A DNA stretch of 64,000 bases from Camelus ferus (lineage: Eukaryota): the NCBI RefSeq assembly GCF_009834535.1, contig NC_045696.1, forward strand, positions 7,132,001-7,196,000. Direction: 5' to 3'. Of this stretch, positions 1 to 13,058 are shown piece by piece (positions within the stretch are counted from its first letter, which is position 1; each line of letters starts with the position of its first letter). The notes beneath the pieces are model-generated. The model did no database searches. It was not told where the DNA came from and worked only from the letters and a program-made list of their open reading frames with translations. The translations under genes were made by a program, and so were the position numbers.

Positions 1-262
1 CAGAAGACCCAGCCCTGGAAGGACTCAGTGCCTCCAAGAGGAGGCCCAGGACGGGCAACCTCACAGGGCAGATCCACACAGACCCGTGGGTCCCCTTCTG
101 CAACCGCCTCTGTTGACGCCCACCAGGCTGAGCACAGACGCGCAGTGGGAAAGTGTGGGTGCTTTGACTCTAGAGCCGCCGTCCTCTGGCTTTTTGGTCT
201 AGCTCCCCTTGAAGGGCCCCAGAGAGCTTTTGCTGGGGAGAAAAGCTATCAATATTTACCAC

Positions 263-615
263 ATTAGAACAAAGTGATTTTTAAAATATCTAATCCATTA
301 CATGTTCATGTAAATAACATAATTTTATGAAAAATAACTATACTTTCCAGAAGAAAAAATTGCAAGTGTGGCATTATTTTAAATTTTTGCAGATCTCCTG
401 AATGTCTAGCTGAATAGAAGCCAGCTGGCATCTCGTGCTTCTGCATTCAGTCTGTTGGGGTCGCACACATCATGTAGCCTCTGGAAAACCCACACCACAC
501 TCACGAGAGTGAACAGAAGCTAAAAGCATGGTAGAATTACTGGGGAAAATAGTTTTGACCTTGCAGACCTTCTGCAGTATCTCAGGGACCCCCGGGCATC
601 CCCAGACCACCGCCA
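263..615. mobile_element. hAT-Charlie DNA transposon fragment (Charlie1/MER119-like)
   Basis: Motifs aatgtctagctgaatagaagccagctgg, gcttctgcattcagtctgtt and gaaaatagttttgaccttgcagacc resemble the recalled Charlie1 terminal region. Confidence 0.65.
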
Positions 616-905
616 GAGACTCTTGCTTGTGGACCGAGGCTTGCGGACCCGCAGCGAGTCTGGGGCTTGCCGGGATGTGGGAGGGAGGGGATTAGTGACC
701 ACCCTGGTCAAACAGAAGCATCTCACAAGTTAGAAAAGGCCCCAAGCCTGAGTGAAAAGATAAGAAATTTAAGACTGGGGTCAAAGTCAAGTGCTTTCAG
801 TATCTTCACCTCCCACCTGAAGAGGCAAAGGCAAAAAAAGTAGAAATGGGGGGCAAAAAATCCTTATTGCTTGTTCCGTCTTTCCTCCACTAGTTCCAAG
901 GTTAA

Positions 906-1266
906 CAATTGTTCCTTAGTGCCCGAGGGGTATTGGTTCCAGGACCCACCTCCCCATCCCAGGACACCAGAATCCCAAGATGCTCAAAAAGTTTCATGCA
1001 AAATGGCATGGTATTTGCATATAACCAGCACATATCCTCCCACATACTTTAAATCATCTCTGGATTACTTATAATACTGAATACAACGTAAATGCTGTGT
1101 TAATAGTTGTAAATACAGTGTAAATGCTATGTAAATAGTTGTTGGTATGTGGCAAATTCAAGTTTTGCTTTTTGGAACTTTCTGGAACTCTTATTTTCCA
1201 AATATTTTCTATCCGAGGTTGGTGAATCCATGGGTGCAGAACCCTCAGATGCGGAGGGCTGACCAT
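906..1266. mobile_element. MER2-like TcMar-Tigger MITE
   Basis: ttggttccaggaccc...gtatttgcatataacc...tttaaatcatctctggattacttataatac...gatgcggagggctgac match the recalled MER2 consensus end to end. Confidence 0.85.
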
Positions 1267-1746
1267 ACATGCCATTAGAAACTGATTGAACTGGTAGATG
1301 CTGGGGAGCATTAGCGTCTCCCCAGAACAGAGTCCTCATTAGACCCACCCCAGCCAGGGGAGCCCAGGCGGGGAGCAGAGGGCAGCCACGGAGTGATGGC
1401 GTGGGAGCTTCTTGCCTCTCCAGTCCTCTCCTCTCTCAGTTCCTCCCGCTCCTCTTTGTGTCTAACCACTCTGGGCTGCTTCTCCCTCCTCCTTCCCCCT
1501 GTGACGCAGGCGAAGCCTGAAGTACAGTTTACATAACATTTAAGATGGAAGAAGTAGCTGGCTGGCCACTTACTAGAGTAAATTAAGACTAATAGTGAAA
1601 AAGGTAGAAAAGAAAGACCAAAGATCAAAAGGTAAAAAGAAAACAAAAAATTTTTAATTAAAACTTTAAAAAACACACAATTGCTGGAATTCTAATCCCT
1701 ACTTCATATTGTATCATCCAATGGAAGAGAGAGGGTCCTTCTTATT

Positions 1747-1988
1747 TGTGTGTGTGTGTGTGTGTGTGTGTGTATTTTTATTGAAGTACAGTGTACAATG
1801 TTGTGTCAATTTCTGGTGTACAGCATAATGCATGAACACACATATACTCGTTTTCATGTTCTTTTCACCCTAAGTTACTACAAGATATTGAATATAGTTC
1901 CCTGTGCTATACAGTATAAGCTTGTTGTTTATCTGTTTTATATGTATATTAGCTATCTGCAAATCTCGAACTCCCAATTTATCCCTCT
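1747..1988 (-). mobile_element. (TG)n microsatellite followed by an L1 3' end fragment
   Basis: tgtg run, then tttttattgaagtacagt...gaatatagttccctgtgctatacagta, typical antisense artiodactyl L1 3' UTR. Confidence 0.75.
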
Positions 1989-2769
1989 CTAGGCAGAACA
2001 AGGAGAGACTGCCTCCCAGTCCACAAGCCCAGGAAGGTCTCTCTGCCTCTCCTGGGTTCTGACTCGTTTACGTGTCCTTCCTTGACCGGTTATTGGTGGC
2101 CAGAGACGTGGGTTCCCTGACTGACGTAGGGAGCCTCCCCGGGAGCTGAGGCTGGGTTTCAGTCTCATCAAATCATGAGGCTAAGAATGCGGAGGGAAAC
2201 AAAGTGGCTTATAAAAAAGAAAGACTAATTCATGAAACTAATTCATGTTCATGAAAGGAGGGGGCTTTAAAAAAAAAAAAAGAGTAATGCCCTTCTTTAA
2301 AATGGTTGATTCTATGTAATGTGAATTTTGCTTTATTTAAATAATAATAATACCCTTATTTTAAGTCATGTGCAATCTTTTAACTTTTTAAATCCTATTT
2401 AAAATTTATTTCAGCCCTGGATTTAATGAGGAAGAGCAATCAGGAACTTCTGGTTCTGTAAAATGTGATACATGATATATGTGTTAATTTTTAAAGGACA
2501 GTTAGTGAACCACGTGAAGTTTCCAGGGGTTGTACTCCAGACATAAAGAATAACAAATTAAATACCGACACAGCGGTAGAGAAGCAGGGATACTCAACTC
2601 AGTTCTCAAAATGCAGGCTCGTGTCTCCAGAAGTCACCTGCTTGCTGGAGCCCCACGGGCACAAGGACATCCATGATGAAGAACCTAGGGGAAAGTAACC
2701 AACACAAGGATGAAACTGGAAACGAGAAGAAGTATTGGTTGTCAGCCAGAATTTCCAAAATGGGGACCT

Positions 2770-3115
2770 GATTGAAATTAAGAGGTATTTATTTGGGGTC
2801 TGTTAGGACCGCAGCCCAGGAGACACAGATTCAAGAAGGCACCCGAATTGTGTTGCACCTGACTTCAAATTGGAGCAAGTTTATAAAGGCAAAAACTGCA
2901 AGGCCATGGTTAGTTACATGAGTTGTTTAGCAAGAACTGTCATGGGAGCTGGCAAGAAGGAATGGTTACAAGGAGGAGCAACCTTGAGACCACAAGGTCG
3001 CAGCCGGCAGGTGCCATTTTAACAATGGCTGATGGTGCCCCTGAGTTTGGCACAGTTCACAGGGAATTCAAGTCCTCAGGGGTGCAGGGACATGTCTGAG
3101 ATCAGATCCTCACGG
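2770..3115 (-). mobile_element. ERV LTR fragment
   Basis: tttatttgggg...gcagcccaggagacacagattcaagaag resembles an antisense ERV1-type LTR R/U5 region. Confidence 0.5.
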
Positions 3116-3169
3116 CCACCTGACTCCTTTTTGTACGCCTGGACCATGATTACTCCAGTATGATCTCAA

Positions 3170-3470
3170 TCTGTCATTGTGGTCACCTACTGCTGCAATA
3201 AGGTCGCACAACATACAACCCCAACACTCAGTATCTCGCTGACTTTCAGATGGTATAGCAGCTTGATCGTGCTTTGGTTGGTCCAGGCTGCGGTGTGGCT
3301 TCTGGTCTCTTCCCCATGTTCTTCTCATGATAAACAGCAGGGGCACAAGTGGCCAGGAGAAGCACACATTCAAGACCTTGGCTTGTTTCACACTGGCTAA
3401 CATTCCACTGGCAAAGCCAGCCACCCTGGTCAGGGCCAGTATCAACGGTGATGGGGGAATTACTGCTCAA
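3170..3470. mobile_element. MaLR (MLT1-like) LTR remnant
   Basis: ctactgctgcaataa...ccccaacactcagt and gctaacattccactggcaaagccag motifs. Confidence 0.55.
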
Positions 3471-4049
3471 CAATGACCCACATGAGCAATTTGGGGCAGA
3501 GAGAAGAGAGCAGCCATGATGAAATCTGGGGAGTAGCATCTTCCAGAAAACTTGAAAACCCTGGCGCTTTGATTCAAAGTCTGGTTTAGAAAAGATGCGT
3601 TTAAATAAGATCCTTATGAAAATAAAATTTATTTCTAACTCTGCATCTTGAAACATATATTCAATTTTATCAAATAGAAAGAATGTACTTTTTGTAAGAA
3701 AAACTTTAAATCAAGTCACCCAACCTCAGGACAAATAGGAGTGGAGGCTGTCTTCCCTCATGTTTCATTCACACCAGAGGGTTCCTGGGGGACAGGCGTG
3801 CCCCGGGCGCCATGCGTGGTTGGGGAGGGGGACAAGGAGGAAAAAGACAGCCCAACTAAATCATACAGAATCCAGGTAGGGAGGGGGAGAAAAAGAAAGA
3901 AATGCTCATATAAATAAACTTGAGATGAAAAGTATGAATGTCACCTTTTCACACATGGATAAAACACTCTGGGCGTTAGCAGAGGGCAAGTCTTACTTCC
4001 AGCGTCTGAATAATGATGATACTGTGAGTCACCACGATTGCAGGAAATT

Positions 4050-4180
4050 CACAGGACTTTGAAACCAGAGAGGACAATCAGTCCAAGCTCTTTATTTTAC
4101 AGAAAAGGAAACTGAGGCCCAGAGAGATGAAGTGACATCTCTAAAATCACACAGCAAAGTGGCCAGGACTCCAACGCCAC
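4050..4180. mobile_element. MIR SINE
   Basis: Core motif ttttacagaaaaggaaactgaggcccagagagatgaagtgac. Confidence 0.8.
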
Positions 4181-6364
4181 CTTCTCCTCCCATGCTGGGC
4201 TCTCCCACTCCGTCTGCTGCAGCTCCGTTCCTGCCATCCCAAAGGCCACTTTCCTGGCAATGTTTCAATTCTATTCAATGAAAAATTACTCGACTAGGAG
4301 GGTGGCATTTACAAGGTGTGGGGAGAGGCATGAACACGGAGAACGTGGTTAAATAAATACCAAGCCGGTCAGAAAATAACAAAGGAACCATCAGCTGGAA
4401 ATTTACGACCTGCAAGTATTTTCCTTGCTTTTTCTGCCACGTGTATTCATCTATACTCCCTGTTCTTTGATCGAAATAGCCAGAAACACGCAGGTCTTTT
4501 TTGGCCTGAGGAGCAGAGAGGTTTTCAGTGATCTAACATGTCTCTTGTTCTTGGAGCCCTTAAAGATGTGAGTTAGGGGGCCTTTCTTCCCGCCTTGGTT
4601 CCTTTAAATTATGCTCATAGCCCGGCAAAGACCTCCTAACTGCCTGGCCCATTAATCAGGCCAAGCCATCAATTTCTTGCCACATTGCCCTGTGGAGAAT
4701 CCTTCTGGAAGGTTTTCACGCCGGAGTAGTTTGGGAAGCTCCCGCAAGACTGATGGCCTTGTCAAGCCAGGGTCCCCCTCCCCGCGCTCTAGGAAAACAC
4801 GGGGCAGCCCCAGGGCGCACACCCAGAGCCCCCCACACCTGGTTGAGCCTCAGTCCCCCGCCTGTGGCTGTGTGATCTCAGACCAGCCACTTCACCCCTC
4901 TGGGCGTCTCGGCTGTAAAGCAGGGATCAGCCTGTTTATCTCCCGGGATTGCTCTGACGGTTGATGAGATAAAATGTGTGAACCAGAGGCTATGATATTA
5001 AAATGTTAGGTGAGAACAGTAGTATCTCCTGGAGCACAGCACAGCCTCCCCACAAAGCCTCCTTACTCTTGGCTCCAGCTGCCCTGGAGGAGCCCCTCCT
5101 TTCTTGTCCACCCCCACAACCTCCCATCTTTGGAAATCAAAGTGCTTCTGGACCAGGAGCCCTTGCCCTGACCTGGCTGAAGAAACCGGCCTGGAATTAC
5201 CCGTGGACCAAGCCTCCTTCATCTCATCTTTTCTCTCTGAAACACAGAACAGTCAAGACACACACCACGCAGAGGGCCGTGAAAACGGCAGACCCCGCAC
5301 GAGAGGCCGCGGCCTGGCTTCCCAGGCCGTCCTCACAGCCAGAGGGCACTGTTTTGCCTTCTGTACACTTCTCCTCCCTTGTCTTTGGCAACAGCCCGGG
5401 GTTTCTCCTTCAGGGGCACTTCTCAGGGTGTCTCCTGTGGCCGCAGTGTATTTGCTCAGTTTGATTGTGAAATCATCATACCAGGTTATCACTCCAGGTG
5501 CAGAGTGTGTTTGAACAGAGACCCAAAATCTCATTTCCAGCCATAGCCCCTCATGGGTACCAACTACAAGAGCTGCCTGCTTCCGGGGACGGCAGTCACA
5601 CCCACCAGGATGCGTAACTGGCAGTGTACTTCAACTGCAGCTAGATGGCTGGGCAAAGCAGGGCCAGAATCGGCACGGGTCACGTCTATGACAGATCAGG
5701 GCTGACCGAGCGTGAAATCCGCGGGCGTTCAGAGGCCCCACCACTGGCTCCCACGCAGGGACGCTGCCGTCCCTGCGCTCTCTGGACACTTGTGGGGCTG
5801 GTTTGCAGCCGGAAGCTCTGAATCTCAGGAGGGTTCTTAGACGGGATCTGACCCCCAGCCCCCAAGTGGATGCAAAGCCATCCTGGAAAGAGAATCCTTA
5901 ACCCTCACCTGAAGGTTAAGGTACTTAGGATTCCTAAACTTGCCTCAAAGAAACTTCAGTGTGTGTAGCAAAAAAAAAAAAAAAAAAAAAAAAAAGTTAG
6001 TTTACACAGATTTGTTTTACATTCGCTGTGTTAGATCATTCTACAGTAAATATAAGTAATGTGAAGGCTCCTTAACTTATCGGGGTCTGAAGTCAATGCT
6101 ATGAATGGAATGTGGTTGGCTGCAGGCCTTTGACCTCCGGGAATCTTTCTCAGAAACTACTCACAGCCCTGTGTCTTTTCTCTAACTAACTCCTGCTTCC
6201 TCCCAGAGTCACCATATAATTCAGTGGTATCGCCTTTTGTAAACATTTCTGGTGCCTATTGCATCTCAAAGGCAGCGTTGCCAAGGACTGTGCATCAAGG
6301 ATTTAACCTCTCATTTAAAAAAAAAAAAAAAAGTGTTAGGTCTGTTCCTTTACCTTTTATTCTT

Positions 6365-6720
6365 TTTCCTTTTATTTTGTTAAGGCAAAATTCACATAAA
6401 GTGGAATGAACAGATCTTAAGTAGACCATTTGATGACTCTGACAAGTGGATAAGCCGGTCTGACTGTAGCCCCTGTAATCATACAGAACATCTCCATCAT
6501 CACGGAAAGCTTACTCACGTCCTTCCTAATGAATCTTTCCACCGCAGAGAAAACACTGTTGTGGTTTCTATCAGCATAGAGTAGTCTGCTATGTTCTAGA
6601 ACATCCTGTGTAGAACCAAAGAGTGTGCATGCTTTTGTGTCTGGCTTGTTTCACTCAACATAATGCTTTTAAGACGCATACGGTTTCATGTCGCAGGAGT
6701 TTGCTCTTTTCCATAGCTTT
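6365..6720 (-). mobile_element. Old L1 3' fragment
   Basis: aaaattcacataaagtgg...agaacatctccatcatc...tgtgtctggcttgtttcactcaacataatg. Confidence 0.7.
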
Positions 6721-7869
6721 CTAACAGCCTTGTCACTGGTCACCAAAACCCTGAAGCTGTGGCTTAAGCTTCCCTTCGAAGGCGAACTGGCTGCAAGTCT
6801 GTGTTGAACCAACAGCAACGAGTCAATGAGTCCTCGGGAAGGATTCTGGTCCCCCCAACACCCTGAGCACAGGTGATGGGCTACAGGGTTGACAGGGGAG
6901 CTGGGTCAGAGCCGGAGGGAAAGACCTTTACAAGCACCTCTGCATTTACAGCCCTCCCGGGGCAACGCAGATGACAGACACACTTATAAGGACGGTCCCA
7001 CTGCCTTGTCCCCTGACGTGGAGGAGCTTTGGCAACCTTGTTAACTGTTTGTTTCTCAGCTCCCCTCCCAGGTCCTCGGGATGACAGGACAGAACCTCGG
7101 GCTGCCTGTGACAACATCCTGCCCCACACACAGACCCCTAGACCCTACGTGTGAGCAGACTGTCCCCTCCCACGGCCCCTCCTCTGCTTCAGCTTCTCCC
7201 CGTTTTCCACCTCGACCCCCTAGTTCTAACTATTCTTGACAGGAATGATTCTTAGGCCACAGAGGTTGACACAAAAATCCTCCATTCTTGTATTTTCTCC
7301 AAAGACACCCAGAAATGCGTTGGGAGGGAGGGAAATGTACATCCTTGCCCATTTAACAGGTCACAGGTGGCGTCACAGAAACCCTGATTTACTATCGTAT
7401 AGATGCTTTTCCCTTCTCTTCTCACGAAAGACTCTGAAGGCCTGGGCAGCGCTGGCTCAGTTTCCCCGCCAGCAGCTTCAGGACCCACCAGGGCAGCGCT
7501 GCCCGGCTCAGCGCACAGCTGTCGCCGAGGCTGCCCGGAGGCCGTCAGAGGGGCGGGGGAGGGGGGTGCTGCCGCTTGCCCAGTGGACTCAGACCTCTCA
7601 ACACACAGCGCAGCGTGGAGGGAATTCGGCGTGGCTCGGAAACAGCGGCCTTTTAACAAGCACGTGCCCCGTCCGAGGCCCGGCACCACCGGGAGAAAGA
7701 CGGCCGTCCAAAACAGCAGCTCCCTGAAGTGACAGGGCTTTGACTCAAGCTCCATCTGTCACCGAACAGCAAACTCTCACGCCGCTCCCTGTCTGCAACA
7801 AACAAAAGAAAGCCCCTTTACTCAGTGAGGTAACCCTGGAGGCAGTCTCCCCGAAGTCAGGAGTCAGAT

Positions 7870-9235
7870 GCGGAGATCCACGTGTTTCCACCACTCCGAT
7901 ACCCACACTGGAATCATTAGCCAACATCATTAGATGAGAGAACAACAAAAAGATAAACACTGGACAGAAAATATAAAACATCTCTATTTGCAGATGATTT
8001 CATTGCAAACTAGAAAAATACAAGAGATTCCATGGACAAACTGCTAAAAAAAATGAGAGAATTTAGTAAGGATATAAAATTAACATTAAAATACCATAAA
8101 ATAAATAGCTTTCATCAATTCATACAATAACCGATTAGAAGATATAATAGAAGAGAAAATCCCACTTACAGGACAAAGAAAAAAGGGAAAATATCTCAGA
8201 GTAAAATTTTTAAAAATTGGGCAAAACTTTCATAAGAAAAAACTTTAAAACACCCTTAACAGACACGAAAGCGGATTTAATAAATGGAAAGACATACCAT
8301 GTTCTTGGATAAGGTAACTCAACAGCCAAGGAAAGCAATTCTCCCCAAGTCAATGCATAATTTACAGAATTTTCTTCTGAAATTAGATATATTTGCTCTG
8401 ACATTCATATGAAGAAAATATGGCATTGTCTCTGCAGATTCTGTTTTTGTTTACAATATTAAAATGTGTATTAGCAAAAATGGGTCAATCTTCAAATGAA
8501 ATGTGGCTTCCACAAATAAATAAATAAAAATTTAAAAATAAACAAACAAACAAACCAGCAAGAATCATCAGGAAAACTGTGAGAAGAGTGATAAACTGGG
8601 GGCACTCGCCTGCCAGATACTGAAACCTACCACAGAAGCTCTATAATGGAAACAGTGTGCCTGTGGCATATGGCTGGGCTTACAAACTAATGCCACACAT
8701 CAGAAGGTACAAAAGACCCAGGTAATATGACAGTCACCATACAACAAAATGATATATATGAAATCTTTAACTAACAGGGAAAACATGGTCTTTTTAATAA
8801 AAGGTGTTGGAAAGTCCAGGTAACCATTAGGGGAAACACAAAATCGAATCGTTGCCCAACATACAATAGAATAAATTCCATATGGATCAAAGATTTAAAT
8901 GTGAAAAATGAAACCATTAAAAATGTTAGCGCGGGGAAAACTTTACTATTGTCCAAAATATAGAGAGCAAATTGTTCTAGTTCTAAGGAGACTTAAGAAA
9001 CTGAACAACTAAACACATCTGGATATTGACTGAGTCCTAGTTTGAACAAACCAGCAGTGAAATATATTTGGGGGGGGCAGAGGGGAAACTTGACTATGGA
9101 CCTGGTATTTAATGACAGTAAGAAATTATTGTTCATTTTGTTTGGTGTGATGATTATATTATGGTTAAGCAGAAAATTGTCATTTTTTTTACAGATGCAA
9201 ATTACTGAATAATCTGGGGTGAAATGTCATATTTT
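7870..9235 (+). mobile_element. Degraded L1 ORF2 and 3' UTR fragments
   Basis: tctctatttgcagatga (RT LFADD region), taaatggaaagacataccatgttcttggata, atggatcaaagatttaaatgt. Confidence 0.8.
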
Positions 9236-10210
9236 CAGCAAAAAAGTGTTAAGTTGAAGCGATTTTGATGTAGTAGTGTAGGAACTCAAAAAGTCTGAAT
9301 ATTTCCAGTTTTGGAAGCTCATTGCCTTTTTGTCCTTATCACAGTTAGAAACTATAGTTTGAATTCTGTCATAAAAAACATTCTAGAGAATGCTCCAAAT
9401 GGTACCCAGATCAAATGACTTAATACCCCAGTGAAGCTGGCCCAGTTCCCTAGGACTGTCGCCGTCCTGAAGGCCAGCCAAGGCAGCTGCCAGGGGTTTT
9501 TGCAAAAGGGAAAGAGAAAATAATTCCTCCCAAAGATGGCGAGGCCCCCAAGTCAGATCTGAGGACGGCAAACCAGTGGAATTGCCCAGAAGGATTCCTG
9601 GAGTGGGGTGTGCCCGGAGCACTCCCAGCCCCCTGCCCTGGGGATCCGGGCAGCCCGGGGAAAATGAATTCTGGGGCCCAGGGGCAGCTGCACCTCCTCA
9701 GCTCTGCAGGCGTGGCCTCCAGGTAAGCGATAAGGAGGGAGCGCTTTCGGGTCCTGCTGGAGAGCAGCCCAGGATGCCTGGAGACGGAGCCGTTCCAGCA
9801 GCAGGAAGGGCTGTGCCCGTCACTTCCCCACACATCCTGGGGACAGCTGGCTGCTGGCGTGGATGAGAGGAAGGGAGGGGGTGGAACCAGGGAGACTCTG
9901 TCTTGTCACCCCAGCCCTCTTTTATTCCAAGGATGCTACGGCATGGGAGAACTCGGTCGCACAAGAACAGGGTTGAAAGCTAGTCTGAGAGAGGAGAGAC
10001 GATGCAGACTCACCTTTTCCAGGGCAAAGGTCACCACTCAGCTTGATTGAAGCATCACAGATGGTCAGCCAGCTGGTCGCCTGCAGCCTTGGACTGTTCT
10101 AGAAAGACGGAGCCGTCGATGTCCGAGAGGTAGTTTTAGGCTCCAAGAAATTTCCTTTGACAATATCTTTACACTTGTCACCTCCCAACTCAAGGTTTAC
10201 ATATTTAACC

Positions 10211-10318
10211 TTTTTTTTCGATTTATGCATTTATTTTTAGAAGAAGTACTGGGGACTGAACCCAGGACCTTGTGCATGCTAAGCATGTGCTCTAGCACTT
10301 GAGCTATTCCCTCCCCCT
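10211..10318 (-). mobile_element. tRNA-derived SINE (camelid Vic-1-like)
   Basis: gtactggggactgaacccaggaccttgtgcatgctaagca (B box) ... gagctattccctcccc; flanked by atatttaa(c/t)ct direct repeats. Confidence 0.8.
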
Positions 10319-10881
10319 CATATATTTAATCTTGAATAGGTTTTATTTTCATCTTATAAAACTCTGAAGCTACCCTTGTGACACTGGCCTATGTGGTGAC
10401 ATCAGGCCTCAGCTCCATGTCTGCTCAGTGGCAGAGCATCACATGGGACCCAGATAGGCACACTTCTCAAGCCCTAAATCTTGTTCACCAAAGATTGTTT
10501 GCAATTTAGGCTTATAAAACATATAAGCATTCATTAAATACTCAGAGACCCAAAGAAACCTGGTCTTTTAAAAAAAAACTATCTTCAGGTTCAAAAATCA
10601 AAATTCTCTTGGTGCAATTCTTACTATTTTTCAGTTTTCCTTCCCTCGTTTTCTGGTCTTCAGTTGTGGTCAAATGCCTGTTCCAGCCCCCTTCAAGCCG
10701 CCTGCACCCTCACCCCTGCCCGCTGATAGTTGGCACTTCACCCTCATTCCAGCCCTGCACCCCTCGCCCCAGCCCTGCCCAACCCGGATGCTGGAGTTGC
10801 ACACAGGACTGCATTCCATGGCCCCCAGCCCCAAGCTTCCTATCTGTGCAAACAAAACAAAAAGAATATTCCCCAGGGTGG

Positions 10882-11333
10882 TGTCCACTGTAAAACAAAG
10901 AATGCTGTCCACCCTCCAGTTCTACAAGGATTAAGTCATGAGCCACTGCAATCCCCGACCTGCTGTGCACTCTGAAAGGACCTCAGCACAAAAAACAGGA
11001 AGCAGCACTCTGTGCTTTGGAAAAACACACCCCTTAAATAGCTGGATGTACATGTCAGGGGGAATTTTAATGAACTCAGATCCTTGCATCTTCCCATACA
11101 TAGAAAACATTAAAATCATTCACTGAGATATCTAATTTTTATGACCAGCACTAGTCTTTCATTGAGATGTGTGCTTGACTGCACATATTCCCCAGCCAAA
11201 AATCACATATTCTTGGTTCTCCCCACTCCCTCAGCTCCTGAGAGGCTGTTTCCCGGGCTATAGTCCTCAGTAAGTTCCCCCAATAAAACTGAACTCATAA
11301 CTTTTACATCGTATATTTTTCTTTCAGTTGCCA
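10882..11333 (+). mobile_element. Solo ERV LTR (~450 bp)
   Basis: Starts TGTCCACTG, ends CAGTTGCCA (imperfect inverted termini); AATAAA at 11282. Confidence 0.7.
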
Positions 11334-11602
11334 TCATGAATGGAGGAGCTGCACCCTTGTGTTTCCCAAAAACCAGAGGGGTGGCAGTGGCTGGCTCCTC
11401 TCTCCAGCCCGAGAACATCAAGGGCAAGACTGAGACATGATGTCTCTTCGACATGATTCTGTGAGCAATTGCCTGCTCACGGGAGTCACTTCCAGCTCAA
11501 CTAGCAAACAAACAAAAAAACTTCAAAAAGCTTTGGGAAGGAGACTTAACTGGTCTGGCCATATCCTCTTCCTTTCCAGAGAGCAAATTCTCTCATTCAT
11601 TC

Positions 11603-11750
11603 TTTTTTTTTTTTTTAAATTTTTTGGGGGGAGAGGTAATTAGGTTTATTTATTCATTTATTATTTTTTAATGGAGGTACTGGGGATTGAACCCAGAATC
11701 TCATGCATGCTAAGCACTGTATTCTACCACTGAGCTATACCCTCCCCACC
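11603..11750 (-). mobile_element. Full-length tRNA-derived SINE (camelid Vic-1-like) with TSD
   Basis: poly-T, gaggtaattaggtttatt, ggaggtactggggattgaacccag, ccactgagctataccctcccc; cattcattctttt at 11594 and 11751. Confidence 0.85.
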
Positions 11751-12569
11751 CATTCATTCTTTTATTCCACATGCATCCCGCATCCTGTACCAACTTTACA
11801 TTAAGGATGGGAGAGAAGAGGAAGGAGAAACAGCTACTGCCCTCCAGGAGGAGGGACAGACAGACACGGGTACCAGGTTGATGACCAGGGGCGCAAACAG
11901 GTGCTGTGGAACAGACAGGACCATCGGTCATGGAGGGAGTGGGTGCTGGCGAGGACAAGGAGAGCATCCCAGAAGTTCAGGCTGGAAGCAAAGGCTGATG
12001 CAGGCACATTTGAGGGGCTGGTGAAGCTGGAACACAGGAGGCTGCAAGTAGGCAGGGGCGGGTGAGTGTCAGGTCTTGAATGAATTTTCCAGAACCTTAA
12101 ATTATACCCTGGCAATGACAGGGGTAAGGTTTTAAATAGAAGAGGGTAATGTTTGGGTGTGAGAATGCTATCAGGTAAAAGATGGACGAGGGGCATAGGA
12201 GATGGGAGACAGAGCTGGGGTGGGGGTGGAGGCTTGGCTGGGAGGCAGTTTGAGGTAACGGTGAGTAAAACTCAGTCTGCAAACCTAGGCTTCAAAACTG
12301 ACTCCAAAATTAACATCTCTGTGGCCTTGGGCTGAGCTGCAGGTAACAGTTCTTACCTTCCAGGCAGCTAGAAGAACTTAATAAGAAGTGACAGTTCTTA
12401 AGCTTTGCTGTGTGCGAGGCCCTGTTCCAACAGCTTCAGGTGTATTAACTCATTAATCCCACAATACCCCACAGGGTGGGTTAACAGTCTCATCCCCATT
12501 TCACAGATGAGCAAACAGAGACCCAGAGAGGAGGCTGAGTACCCTGGTCGATCAGAAGTTCAAAAGGCT

Positions 12570-12750
12570 CAGGACTTGTGGGTGGCATCTGAAGTGAGGG
12601 AGTCTTGTGGGACTGAGACCTTTAACCTATAGGGTCTGATAGCTAACTCCAGGTAGACAGTGTCAGAATTTAATTGAATTGTTGGACACCCGGTTGATGT
12701 CTGCAGGGCACCAGAGAATTGGCTGGCATCAGGAGTTAAAAATAAACCTC
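12570..12750 (+). mobile_element. MER21-like ERVL LTR fragment
   Basis: ggcatctgaagtgagggagtcttgtgggactgag...ctccaggtagacagtgtcagaatt. Confidence 0.75.
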
Positions 12751-13058
12751 TCAACGCATAGGCAAAATGAGGAGTGGAGGTCAGGCATCTGAGGGAAAAC
12801 ATCATCACAGACAAGCTTTGACCTGCAAACCAGTCTATCGCTCCTTGCTGCTGGACACACAGCTGTCCCGTTGGTGGCTCACTGCATCATGGCTGCTCCT
12901 GTACCAACAGATCACGGCCCAGAGACTCTTTGGGGGGCAGAGATCATCTCTGGGAGTGGGGCCAGAGGGTCCTGGACTCCTGCCTCAGATTTGCCTCTTG
13001 CGGTATTGATCTGGGAAACTGAAGCCACCCACTTACTCCTTCGTTGCCCCACCTACTG

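Noticed and set aside
4677..9964. Many overlapping 90-170 aa ORFs in the GC-rich flank
   Set aside because: Expected by chance in GC-rich DNA; no domains and no coherent exon structure.
11660..11750. tRNA gene
   Set aside because: The A/B-box-like sequence belongs to a SINE with a tail and TSD.
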